The notes: generated by a model not told the origin, from the sequence alone. A stretch of DNA of 64,000 bases from Octopus bimaculoides (GCF_001194135.2 NC_068990.1:43617893-43681892), one strand, 5' to 3'; positions 26,930 through 39,275 are shown, counted from the stretch's first letter. A program made the numbers and translations.

Positions 26930-27320
26930 ATCTTTTACTTGTTTCAGTCATTGGACTGTCGCCTTTCTGGGGCACTGCCTTAAAGGACTTTACTCAAACA
27001 AATAAACCCTAGTACTTCTGTTTTTTTGTTATTTTTTTTTAAGTCTGGTACTTGTTCTATCATTCTCTTTTGCCAAACTGCTATGTTACAAGGATGTAAG
27101 CAAACCAACACCAGCTATCAAGCAATGGGGCATGACAAACAAACACAAAGACACGCAAGATGGGCTTCCACACAGTTTTTGTCTATCAAATTCACTCACA
27201 AGGATTTGGTCAGCCTGTGGGTATAGAAGATACATGTCCAAGGTACCGCACAGTGGGGCTGAACCTGAAACCATGTGGTTGTAAAGCGAGCTTCTAAACA
27301 CACAGCCATGCCTATGCCTA
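26930..27320 (-). mobile_element. tRNA-headed CORE-like SINE, decayed
   Basis: Reverse complement of the 21311 family (cacagccatgcc, gctgaacctgaaaccatgtgg, ccagctatcaagc). Confidence 0.7.
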
Positions 27321-28094
27321 TATGGGCAACTTCTCACATTTTTTCTCTAAACTTTCCTTTGTCTAAAACAGTGGTCAACTCCTTTTCTTCTAGCAACTTA
27401 TGTTACCTTCCCTTACATGAAGAAAAACTAGCATGAGAGTATCCAACTAAATATGAAATTCCTAACCTGTATTTTGTAGAGGTGCATGGTTTAGTGGTTC
27501 GGGTGTTGGCACTCATGATAGTAAGAATGTGGGGGCAATTCCTGGACCTGACAATACAAAACACTTCATTTCACATTGCTCCAGTCCACTCAACTGGCAA
27601 AAGTGAGTAATCCCGCAATGACCAGAATCCTGTCCAGGGCCAAAATATATACATTGCAGAAACCAGAAAACTGATCCTAAGAGTCTATAGGGCTCAGAAA
27701 GGATCTACCTGTATATTGAAAATAGAAACTATGTCTAAAGTCCTACATTATGCCTTTTACTAAAACTGGGAAGGTTATACATACACTGATGAACAAATGT
27801 TGAAGCTTGACCCCTAAATCATCAATGTGTACATATTTGTATTGATCCCTGGATGGATTGCTAGATCCCTGGATTAACCTTGCAATGGACTTGTACTCTG
27901 TTCAGAGAACCATCTTGTTTTCTCCGTTGCTTAAATAACTGAGAAACCAGGATAAGTTCCAGCCTAAAGAATATGTAGATTGATGACGAACTTCTTTTTT
28001 ATGATAAAAGGTTAACATTGTATCAGAAAGGTTAATGTTCCTAGACGAACCAATACATGACTGAAGCACACTGATTTCAAATATCAGCAGAAGG

Positions 28095-28285
28095 CCAGCA
28101 AATTGGGGAAAGGAGTAAGTCAATCACATCAACCCCAGTGCTCAACAGGTACTTATTTTATCGACTCTGAAATGATGAAAGGCGATGTGGACCTTGGTAG
28201 AATTTGAACTCAGAATGTAGACGAACAAAATGCCACTAAGCATTTTTCCCAGCATGCTAATGATTCTGCCAGCTCGCCACCTTAA
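28095..28285 (-). mobile_element. Single copy of the aaggcggcgagctggcagaa SINE family
   Basis: Ends ...gattctgccagctcgccacctt on +. Internal gaatttgaactcagaa. Confidence 0.75.
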
Positions 28286-28859
28286 ATTGAAGCACATTAA
28301 AAGATAATATATTGCAGACTACACATACTAAACTTCAAACAAACCTTCAATCCCCAATATTCTATATTTTCAGGTCTATTATATAATTTGTATACTCTGT
28401 ATTTCTCTTGTACCACTACTGCTTATCTGAATTCTATTTTTCTGTCTAATTCCTACTTAAAAATCACTTGATGATCCAGTCTCTTTCCGACCATAGAACC
28501 TATCATTTCTCTCATTTCCTAGACCTCCTTGTACATTCCTAATCCTTTTCCTCCAGATTTAAAACTCTGCAAATCACCATGTTTGATTTACCCTACCACT
28601 AACTTCTAGAAGTTTGAATTAACTTCACCCAGATATTACCAAATCATCATTAATGTCTAAAAATGACAGAGCATCTTTGTTTGACACTAGATAATTAAAA
28701 AGTATGTATTGGCAATTATGATAACGAGAGGATGTTAGCTATCTTAAGAGAGAAGGTGATGATGTTGGCAATGATAATGAAACATTATATTGGCAGATAC
28801 ATCTATGGTAACACAGGCAATAAAAATGATAACGTTGGTACAATACTGATAATGATGAT

Positions 28860-29790
28860 GGCAATGACGATAGCGTTGGCACGATAGCAATGACGATAGC
28901 GTTGGCACGATAGCAATGACGATAGCGTTGGCACGATAGCAATGACGATAGCGTTGGCACGATAGCAATGACGATAGCGTTGGCACGATAGNNNNNNNNN
29001 NNNNNNNNNNNNNNNNNNNNNNNNNNNNNNNNNNNNNNNNNNNNNNNNNNNNNNNNNNNNNNNNNNNNNNNNNNNNNNNNNNNNNNNNNNNNNNNNNNNN
29101 NNNNNNNNNNNNNNNNNNNNNNNNNNNNNNNNNNNNNNNNNNNNNNNNNNNNNNNNNNNNNNNNNNNNNNNNNNNNNNNNNNNNNNNNNNNNNNNNNNNN
29201 NNNNNNNNNNNNNNNNNNNNNNNNNNNNNNNNNNNNNNNNNNNNNNNNNNNNNNNNNNNNNNNNNNNNNNNNNNNNNNNNNNNNNNNNNNNNNNNNNNNN
29301 NNNNNNNNNNNNNNNNNNNNNNNNNNNNNNNNNNNNNNNNNNNNNNNNNNNNNNNNNNNNNNNNNNNNNNNNNNNNNNNNNNNNNNNNNNNNNNNNNNNN
29401 NNNNNNNNNNNNNNNNNNNNNNNNNNNNNNNNNNNNNNNNNNNNNNNNNNNNNNNNNNNNNNNNNNNNNNNNNNNNNNNNNNNNNNNNNNNNNNNNNNNN
29501 NNNNNNNNNNNNNNNNNNNNNNNNNNNNNNNNNNNNNNNNNNNNNNNNNNNNNNNNNNNNNNNNNNNNNNNNNNNNNNNNNNNNNAATGACGATAGCGTT
29601 GGCATGATAGCAATGACGATAGCGTTGGCATGATAGCAATGACGATAGCGTTGGCATGATAGCAATGACGATAGCGTTGGCATGATAGCAATGACGATAG
29701 TGTTGGCATGATAGCAATGACGATAGTGTTGGCATGATAGCAATGATGATAGTGTTGGCATGATAGCAATGATGATAGTGTTTGCACAGC
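28860..29790. repeat. 26-bp minisatellite (aatgacgatagcgttggcaYgatagc) spanning a gap
   Basis: About 5 units before the N-run and about 8 after it, ending roughly 80 bp from the exon 2 donor. Confidence 0.93.
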
Positions 29791-29866
29791 AGTGACAATG
29801 ATGACAATGTTGGCAATGCTAGTAAAGATGAGGAAATCATGAATATCATTAAAAGAAAATGTTTAC

Positions 29867-30058
29867 TTTAGTGTTAATCCGGAATGTTATATAGGATTCC
29901 AAGGTACTTGTGTGTTTCTCGGGATTATCAACCATGACAAATAAATCCCTAGTTTCTGAATCAAAGTCATCATCCAATTTGAAGTTGGCTATTAGACTTG
30001 AACTACAAGACACAGTCATTTCAGACTTTGACGACGTATCTAAATCCAGGCTTTCAAG
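29867..30058 (-). CDS. SNX30: SNX7/SNX30-family exon 2, start of PX domain (LESLDLDT...[27 protein letters not shown])
   Basis: Acceptor tttcag|CTT and donor AAA|GTAAAC, 192 nt, phase 0/0. DLFVxVDxPxKH...YITxRIxTK is the SNX7/SNX30 PX N-terminal signature. Confidence 0.95.
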
Positions 30059-30605
30059 CTGAAAGATCAAAACAGAAAATTATTAGTTACTTAAAGCCAG
30101 TAATATTATAATACATTGGGAGGATCATGTTGCCAATAAATGTAAGTACACTGGTTGTGGTTCACTTCAGTTACAGTAATATTGTAAAAATATTTTTCAA
30201 TGTCAGATGCAGGTATGGCTGTGTGGTTAAGAAATTTGCTCCACAACTATGTGGTTTTAGGTTCAATCCCAACTTGAGCAAATGTCTTTGACAAAAGTCC
30301 CAGGTTAAATATCTTGCAATTGAAATGAATAGATGGAAAGTGAATAAAGTCCATCATGTATATGTGAAAATGTGTGTGCACACATGCACACATATATATA
30401 CCTATACATATATTATATATACATTTATGCACACACACACATAGAGGCATAGGTGTAGCTGCGTGTTAAGATGTTTGCTTCCAAAACATGATTCCAGGTT
30501 CAGTCCCACTCTTTCACACATTGGGCAAGAGTTTTCAACTATAGCCCCAGGCTGACCAAAGCCTTGTGAGTGGATTTGATGGATGGAAACTGAAAGAAGC
30601 CTATC

Positions 30606-30636
<31 letters not shown>

Positions 30637-31198
30637 TGTGTGCTAAAGTCTGTTTCAACAAATTATCTGCTGGCTCTTTGCCTTTGAGGGTATATGACGT
30701 AATAGATCCCTGAAAGACATCCACATGTAAAACACTGACTCAATAATATATTTTTCATCTTACACATGCTAANNNNNNNNNNNNNNNNNNNNNNNNNNNN
30801 NNNNNNNNNNNNNNNNNNNNNNNNNNNNNNNNNNNNNNNNNNNNNNNNNNNNNNNNNNNNNNNNNNNNNNNNNNNNNNNNNNNNNNNNNNNNNNNNNNNN
30901 NNNNNNNNNNNNNNNNNNNNNNNNNNNNNNNNNNNNNNNNNNNNNNNNNNNNNNNNNNNNNNNNNNNNNNNNNNNNNNNNNNNNNNNNNNNNNNNNNNNN
31001 NNNNNNNNNNNNNNNNNNNNNNNNNNNNNNNNNNNNNNNNNNNNNNNNNNNNNNNNNNNNNNNNNNNNNNNNNNNNNNNNNNNNNNNNNNNNNNNNNNNN
31101 NNNNNNNNNNNNNNNNNNNNNNNNNNNNNNNNNNNNNNNNNNNNNNNNNNNNNNNNNNNNNNNNNNNNNNNNNNNNNNNNNNNNNNNNNNNNNNNNNN

Positions 31199-31229
<31 letters not shown>

Positions 31230-31429
31230 AAAGGCTGGTTTTTTGGGGGGGTGGGGGGTGACAGGCAGAAGTCTTGCAGCCACTGCTGCTCTTTTCTATT
31301 TCACATTGGTCCTTGTAATATCTATAACTTTAGTAGAAAAGGTGTAGGTAGAAACTCCATAAGATGTACCCGGTAAGAGGTGCAATAATATCATAAGAGG
31401 TGCAGTAATATCAAAGGAAGGCTAACTGG

Positions 31430-31670
31430 GAAGATAGCTTTTGTGCATGGCAAATGTTCAGGGACAATAAACACTGAAAACGTGCAGAAAACAGCTTCCA
31501 TCACATGCCAGGGAGAAAAGCTAAAAGTAGTTGATAGCTTCCGCTACCTAGGCGACCAAGTCAGTAGCAGTGGTGGATGCTCTGAGAGTGTAACTGCTAG
31601 AATAATAATAGCCTGGGCAAAGTTCAGAAAGCTCCTAGCTCTGCTAGTGACAAAGGGCCTCTCGCTCAGA
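31430..31670 (+). mobile_element. RTE LINE internal fragment, same family as 2300-3477
   Basis: HGKCSGTINTENVQKTASITCQGEKLKVVDSFRYLGDQVSSSGGCSESVTARIIIAWAKFRKLLALLVTKGLSLR. Confidence 0.85.
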
Positions 31671-31859
31671 GAGCAATCCCACCTAGCAAAAGCAGCGATG
31701 CCAACACCAACACCAACAGACATCACCACCAACACCCGACCACGGAGAGGCATCAGCTGTTCTGGGAACTCATTCAAACAATGCCTCTCCAACCACAGAG
31801 TCTCCTTCAGGATACTGGAAAGGAGATTCATCACATCATTAGCCAGCCATGCATGGTAG

Positions 31860-32060
31860 CTAATAGACGATGGGATTCCATACACAATATCATGGAGAAT
31901 CCAGACACCTACATTAACAGGACCAACTGCTGTAAATTATGCATAGTGAAACGGACAAGGATCCTAAAACACTCCTTCGACCGAGGGAACATCCTGAACT
32001 CTAGAAGAGAAGTCTTCAGACCTTGCTTACATTTCAGGAAATTCCTGCTAGCCTGTTGGA
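31860..32060 (+). mobile_element. Probable Penelope-like element C-terminal fragment
   Basis: WDSI...YINRTNCCKLCIVKRTRIL...NILNSRREVFRPCLHFRKFLL fits the CxLC..EK..I...LNxRxE...CxH.xKFLL terminus that follows GIY-YIG in Penelope-like elements (recognised from memory). Confidence 0.55.
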
Positions 32061-33520
32061 ACCCACGGGATAGCAAGGCCACCAGCAATCGATAGCCAAG
32101 GGGTTACAATCCCCTTTGTTGACATTAATGTGGTCATTTCCTCCTCAATATTCTAGAGAGGCCACTTGCTAAAGATGTTTTTAGCCAACAGGCTTTGGGA
32201 TCTGATGATACGCCATAAAGCCAAGCCCTTTATGGATGTGAAACCTAAGGTAATCCCTTAAATTGGCCTTATTTAACTTTAATATATACTGCTCTATAAT
32301 TTTGAGTGTGCTTCTTTTTGGGGATTTATGTTTACAGACTATATATATATATATCTGAAGCTGCAAAGACTTCACAAAAACTGTTACTCAGAGTTTCACG
32401 TTCCCAGTTGGACAGTTTTGGTTGAGATTCTCAACCAAAACTACCCAACAAACAGGAAACTCTGAGTAACAGTTTTTGTGATGTTCTTGCAGCTTTATTA
32501 ATAAAGAATATTACTCTACCTCCAGTATTCAAGTACTATTTTTTCCACCTCGTTTCACATTTATGTGCTTACTCTGATATATATATATANNNNNNNNNNN
32601 NNNNNNNNNNNNNNNNNNNNNNNNNNNNNNNNNNNNNNNNNNNNNNNNNNNNNNNNNNNNNNNNNNNNNNNNNNNNNNNNNNNNNNNNNNNNNNNNNNNN
32701 NNNNNNNNNNNNNNNNNNNNNNNNNNNNNNNNNNNNNNNNNNNNNNNNNNNNNNNNNNNNNNNNNNNNNNNNNNNNNNNNNNNNNNNNNNNNNNNNNNNN
32801 NNNNNNNNNNNNNNNNNNNNNNNNNNNNNNNNNNNNNNNNNNNNNNNNNNNNNNNNNNNNNNNNNNNNNNNNNNNNNNNNNNNNNNNNNNNNNNNNNNNN
32901 NNNNNNNNNNNNNNNNNNNNNNNNNNNNNNNNNNNNNNNNNNNNNNNNNNNNNNNNNNNNNNNNNNNNNNNNNNNNNNNNNNNNNNNNNNNNNNNNNNNN
33001 NNNNNNNNNNNNNNNNNNNNNNNNNNNNNNNNNNNNNNNNNNNNNNNNNNNNNNNNNNNNNNNNNNNNNNNNNNNNNNNNNNNNNNNNNNNNNNNNNNNN
33101 NNNNNNNNNNNNNNNNNNNNNNNNNNNNNNNNNNNNNNNNNNNNNNNNNNNNNNNNNNNNNNNNNNNNNNNNNNNNNNNNNNNNNNNNNNNNNNNNNNNN
33201 NNNNNNNNNNNNNNNNNNNNNNNNNNNNNNNNNNNNNNNNNNNNNNNNNNNNNNNNNNNNNNNNNNNNNNNNNNNNNNNNNNNNNNNNNNNNNNNNNNNN
33301 NNNNNNNNNNNNNNNNNNNNNNNNNNNNNNNNNNNNNNNNNNNNNNNNNNNNNNNNNNNNNNNNNNNNNNNNNNNNNNNNNNNNNNNNNNNNNNNNNNNN
33401 NNNNNNNNNNNNNNNNNNNNNNNNNNNNNNNNNNNNNNNNNNNNNNNNNNNNNNNNNNNNNNNNNNNNNNNNNNNNNNNNNNNNNNNNNNNNNNNNNNNN
33501 NNNNNNNNNNNNNNNNNNNN

Positions 33521-33561
<41 letters not shown>

Positions 33562-34215
33562 GAGAGTGTGGTAAACATATATAGAGAGGGGGAGGTTTAC
33601 AATGAGAAAAGCATAAATGAAAGAGGCAGACAAGTAGAAAGACAGATCTTTTCTTTTGTAGTCACAGATTTTGAAATTTTAAAATCAAGTGATAATTTTC
33701 AAATTTAGTATATTGATGTACTTTTTCATGCTGAATTTGATTTTGTGATTCATTTATTCCAGAAAAAAAATTTACAAAAATGTTACAAAGATTTAAAGTT
33801 TGATAATTTTTACCCAATTGGAAAACAGAATTTGGAAGCTAGCATTTTCTGTGTGATAGCTATCATAAAATGAAAGTAAACATTATGATGATGAAATTTT
33901 AAGCAAAATGAAAGTAATAATATGTCATATCAAGAGAGAGAGAGGGGAGAGCAGCATGTGTGAGAGATCCATATACAGACAAAGAGAGTGTGGTAAATAT
34001 ATAGAGAGAGAGCCTGATGGAGACAGATAAAGGGTGGTAGATTTATCGATATAAAAGTTGTTATTTCTCATAGCAAATTAAATTTTTTGACATATTATAA
34101 CCAGAAACCTCCTTGCTGGGATGCAGATTTTGAAAATCAAATCTGTTTTTCACAGGGATGCACTGTTTCAGAGCCTTTCCATGACATATTCACATATATA
34201 CACACACATACACTC

Positions 34216-34256
<41 letters not shown>

Positions 34257-35978
34257 CATCGGCGTCGTCGTTTAACATCCACTTTCCATGCTAGCATGGG
34301 TTGGACGATTTGACTGAGGACTAGTGAACCGGATGGCTGCACCTTGCTCCAATCTTATCTGGCAGAGTTTCTACAGCTGGATGCCCTTCCTAATGNNNNN
34401 NNNNNNNNNNNNNNNNNNNNNNNNNNNNNNNNNNNNNNNNNNNNNNNNNNNNNNNNNNNNNNNNNNNNNNNNNNNNNNNNNNNNNNNNNNNNNNNGAATG
34501 CCATTGGGCTAACTACCAGAGCCATTCACCAACATGCAACTACCACATGTTCATAAATGCATTGTACCACCCTATCCTATAACAATAGATTGCCCCCTCT
34601 TATTGCACTCCACTCTGTCTTGCCATGCAAATCCTACATTAAACAATTTTTCTTCATCCTTCTACCCCAAACTTTCTTTATGCAGATATTGACCTACCAA
34701 TATTTAAATTGAACATCAATCACATCAAATTTCCAGTCTAAAAGTGGCTGCAAAAGGTCATGAGCACTGACCTTCTTCCTTTGAGTAACTTACATGAAAC
34801 AAAAACACAAGCAGATAATAGTTTGATGACCATTTTCTCCTCTTTTTAACAAAGTTTCGAACTTCACAATCTTCCTAACAATATCTCTCTATTCTGTTTA
34901 TTCTCTCCCTTTCCATCTGTTGGTGGAGTAAGAAAAATCTAGATAGTCACAGGATAGAATATTAAAATTGCCATTCAAAACATTACATTTTCATCCTTCA
35001 ATTGGCTATTCTTAATATTGGTATTTGTGATAAAGTAGAACAATTTCATCAGAATTCATTTGGAATCCTTCAACATAATATATAATCCAAACTTTTTAAC
35101 CACTTTTATTATACAAGTTCGATTGTTTGTTACATAAATTTATAGCAATGAAGGATATAAATATGTTATTTCTCTGAAAATTTTATGAGACTTAAGTTGG
35201 CTTTAGTCCTGATAATGATGAGTTATCAATTGCTTGGAAGATTTAGGAGACAAAATGGCTATTATGGCTATCAAACAACCGCCAGAATTGCATCACCAGA
35301 TGGTATTAATGACCACTGGGGAAATATAGTGAAAAACTTATGGAAAGCTTTCCAACACAACATATATTTGTGATATAAATCTTTGCCAAACCTCTGCCCA
35401 CACCCAACACAAAGCCACTCCAAGACTTCTACACAGATACACATTTTACCTTTTATTTGTTGTAGTCACTGAACTTCAGCAACGCTAGGATACCACCTTG
35501 AAGGGTTTAGTCAACTCCAGTATATCTTGAAGTCTGATACTTATTTTATTAGTCTCTTTGCCAAAGTGCTAAGTTACAGGGATGTAAACAAACCACCACT
35601 GTTTGCCAAGTAACGGAGTATGGTAGAGATGAGATGGCTATTCAAAGGTACAGAAAGGAAGTGTACAGGGAGAATACTGTGGAGAAAAGAAGGGAGGATG
35701 AGAATAAGGGATGGAAGGTTCCCAGGAAGGAGGAGGTAACTGATAATGCAAAGCCAGNNNNNNNNNNGGGGGGGGGGCGGTAATATGCTTATATCTTCCT
35801 TTCTTTTTGCAACAGTTTTACCAGAACATAAATGGTTCCAATCTTACCAGGTTCAGAGGCACTGTCCCTTTTTCCAGAACCAAGAGGTAATGGATACCAG
35901 ACTTAAAATATCCAAGTACAGCAGGGTCAATTTATTTGACTAAAGCTGCAGTACAATGACTGAAACAAGTGTATAGAT

Positions 35979-36017
<39 letters not shown>

Positions 36018-36103
36018 GTGCTGGTTCCACATAAAAAACACTGGTACTGATGCCACATAAAAAGCACCCAATATACTCTATAAAGTGGCTGGTATTATGA
36101 AGG

Positions 36104-37020
36104 GTGGGTGGTGAAATAAGTGAGTGGTTTGAAGTGAAGGTGGGGTTAAAACAGAGTTGTGTGGTGTGTCTGTGGCTGTTTAATTTATATATGGATGGTG
36201 TGGTGAGAGAGGTAAATGCTAGAACCTTTGGTAGGAGAGCCCAAGTGGTAGGAGAAAATGGAGAGAAATGGCAGGTGAGTCAGTTGTTGTTTGCTGATGA
36301 TACAGCACTGGTGGCAGATTTGGAAGAGCAACTGAGTAGACTGGTGGGAGAGTTTGGAAGAGAGTGCGAGAGGAGGAAACTGAAAATGAATGTAACTAAA
36401 AGTAAGATGAGAGTTGTTCAAGAGATGGAATGGCTGGTAGGATGGATGTGAGTATAAATGGTGAGATGTTAGAGGAGGTGAGTGTTTTTAAAGCACCTGG
36501 GGTCGCATGTGACAACGGATGGGGAATGGCTGAGGAGGTGGGATACAGAGTGAGGGAAGGGAGTAAGATACTTGGAGCTGTGAAAGGTATGCTGAGAGAT
36601 AAAAGGTTGAGTATGAAAGCGAAAAGGTGTGTATGAGGGTATGATTGTGCCAAGAGTGTTATATGGTGCAGAGATGTGGAGGTTTGAGATGAGATGTCTG
36701 AGGGATATGGTTGGTGTGACACAGATGGACAAGATGAGGGCTGAGATGTGAAGACAATCAGGAATGAGAGAAAAACTAACAACCAAATTGGATAGATGAA
36801 TGTTGAGGTGGTTTGGCCACATGGAAAGGATGCATGAGGAGCGGATGATAAGGAGGGTGATGAAGGCAGAAGTGGTAGGCAGCAGAACCAGAGGAAGACA
36901 TCGGTTTGCGTGGATGGATGGAGTGAGGAAAGCTTTGGTGGTTAGAGGTGTTGAAGTGAGAGAAGCAAGAGGGTTTATAAATGATAGGAAAGCTTGGAGA
37001 GTGTTTGTGGGTAGATGAGT
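36104..37020 (+). mobile_element. RTE-clade LINE, RT domain to C-terminus, frameshifted; a second RTE lineage
   Basis: WFEVKVGLKQSCV..WLFNLYMD, QLLFADDTALVAD and LRWFGHMERM...RGRHRFAWMDGV, ending with a stop near 37018. Confidence 0.9.
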
Positions 37021-37794
37021 GAATTTTGATGTTGCTCAAAGGGGTACGGAACCAGCATGATGTGGTGGGGGTAAATCAGCATATGCTGTTGATATTGGGA
37101 GCTGCATTCTATGCCTTAACCCGAGCATAGAACAGGGCTCGCCCCATTAAGCTGGGAAATGAATGGTATGCTTGGTGTGTGTTTTGTTGTGGCNNNNNNN
37201 NNNNNNNNNNNNNNNNNNNNNNNNNNNNNNNNNNNNNNNNNNNNNNNNNNNNNNNNNNNNNNNNNNNNNNNNNNNNNNNNNNNNNNNNNNNNNNNNNNNN
37301 NNNNNNNNNNNNNNNNNNNNNNNNNNNNNNNNNNNNNNNNNNNNNNNNNNNNNNNNNNNNNNNNNNNNNNNNNNNNNNNNNNNNNNNNNNNNNNNNNNNN
37401 NNNNNNNNNNNNNNNNNNNNNNNNNNNNNNNNNNNNNNNNNNNNNNNNNNNNNNNNNNNNNNNNNNNNNNNNNNNNNNNNNNNNNNNNNNNNNNNNNNNN
37501 NNNNNNNNNNNNNNNNNNNNNNNNNNNNNNNNNNNNNNNNNNNNNNNNNNNNNNNNNNNNNNNNNNNNNNNNNNNNNNNNNNNNNNNNNNNNNNNNNNNN
37601 NNNNNNNNNNNNNNNNNNNNNNNNNNNNNNNNNNNNNNNNNNNNNNNNNNNNNNNNNNNNNNNNNNNNATTACAATTAAAAGGGTAAAGGATTATCAATT
37701 TATTAATTTATTAATAAATTAGTAATTAATAATTTTTACCAAGCCCTTCGGTATGTAAGCACCATTATCGATGAGGAACTTATTTAAAAGTTCT

Positions 37795-38072
37795 TACCGA
37801 AGTTCAGAAATAGCAGCTAAAATGCTGGAGTGTCGATTGTTATGATGGCGCTCGGTCATACATGCACATTTGCTAGTATCGTCGAATTTGCAACTGGAAT
37901 ATCATACCGATGAGGTAATGAAGAGTTTTTCCTTCTAAACCAGAAACATGTATATGATTAACTATGGCTAGTTTAATTCGTTATTTTTCTTCTTGTTTTG
38001 CCTATGTGGGTAGCAGGTAATTGCTATCTGTTGGAGTTTCAGCATTTTAGCTACTATTTCTGAACTTCGGTA
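37795..38072. mobile_element. MITE-like element with 33-bp TIRs ending in TA
   Basis: taccgaagttcagaaatagcagctaaaatgctg (37795-37827) is the reverse complement of 38040-38072 with one mismatch. Confidence 0.7.
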
Positions 38073-38339
38073 TGTGGTGAAGCAACTTGTTGCTGATCCC
38101 TTAATTTTGTTTATAAATGTATAAGAACTTTTGGGCTTGACGAAATCAGTACCAGTCATGTATTGGAGTCAATGTATCTAATAGCCCCATCCCCTGAATT
38201 TCAGGCTTTGTACCTACATCAAAACATAATTATTATTATTATTATTTTGGTTTGACTCAGATTCGGTCTTATTCCTGGTAGGATCTATGTGGGTAGCGGG
38301 TCACTACCTGTAACCTTAGGTATCCACAAGTTTGCAGCA

Positions 38340-39030
38340 GTCTTTCAAATGCTTAGAACCCTACAGGTAATCCTTGCTGTCCCTCAGAGACAGACTTTTT
38401 GTAGGAGTTCTACTGCGCATTCTATTTCAATCTCCTTCAGCCATTAGTCTATATCTTTGCTTACAGTTCCCAATGCACCAAGGGCAGACTGAGCCGTCAG
38501 GCACTACCCAAGGGCCCAGAGCTCTGAGAGGCCTGCATTCTACATGTTAACTCTACTGATATCAATGATAAGAGACCCAGTAAACACTTATGCCCGAAGG
38601 TCCTTAATACTTTCAGTCCACCCCTGCAATGCACCAATTATTATAGGTACAGCCTTTACTATTCACATGCTCCAAATTCTTCCTATTTCAAATTTGAAGG
38701 GATTGTATTGTTTTTTTTTTTTTGTTTTTCTTCCTCTTTCTTTACGATCTTGAAATCAAACAGGTATGATGGGTCAATTAGTAACCAACTTCACTCGTCC
38801 TTATGAATAATTATGTCCGGTCTATTACTTTCTAGCTTCTTGTCCATTTGAATAGGAAAGTCTCACAAAATCTTACATTTCTCCAACTCCAGTACTCTTT
38901 CGACATCATGATTGTACCATGTGTCTCCAGCTTCAAATCCCCATTTCTGGCACAGCTTCCAGTGCAAAACTTTTACAACCTGGTCGTGCCTTCCGTTTTT
39001 TATATTCTTCCTGTGCCAACCTATCATCAT
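38340..39030 (-). mobile_element. Fragments of an R4/Dong/NeSL-type (restriction-like endonuclease) non-LTR retrotransposon C-terminus
   Basis: RHDQVVKVLHWKLCQKWG...WYNHDVERVLELEKCKIL, then KY..FEIGRIW...KAVPIIIGAL and ALGTVSK...LLQK motifs on the minus strand. Confidence 0.7.
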
Positions 39031-39067
39031 TATTATCATTATTATTGTTGTTGTTATTATTATTTGT

Positions 39068-39275
39068 AAGGCAGTGAGCAAGAGAGTTGTTAGCACATCA
39101 GAGAAAAGGTTTAGTGGCATTTCTTCCAACTCTTTACGTCCTGAGTTTGAATCCTGCCAAGGTCAAATTTGCTTTTCATTCTTTCAAGGAATGATAAAGC
39201 ACCAGTGAAGTACTGAGGTCAATGTAGTAAAAAATCTCTCTCCTCCTAATTTTAACCTTGTGCCAAAATTTGGAA
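39068..39275 (+). mobile_element. SINE of the aaggcggcgagc family, adjoining the R4-like fragment
   Basis: aaggcagtgagc...tgagtttgaatcctgccaaggtcaaatttgc. Another + copy lies at about 40085-40270. Confidence 0.65.

Noticed and set aside
28860-29790. Regular 26-bp and 19/23-bp arrays as CRISPR-like loci
   Set aside because: The units are contiguous with no unique spacers, the context is eukaryotic, and there are no cas genes.
34500-35100. Possible decayed transposase on the minus strand
   Set aside because: No motif could be identified with confidence in any frame.
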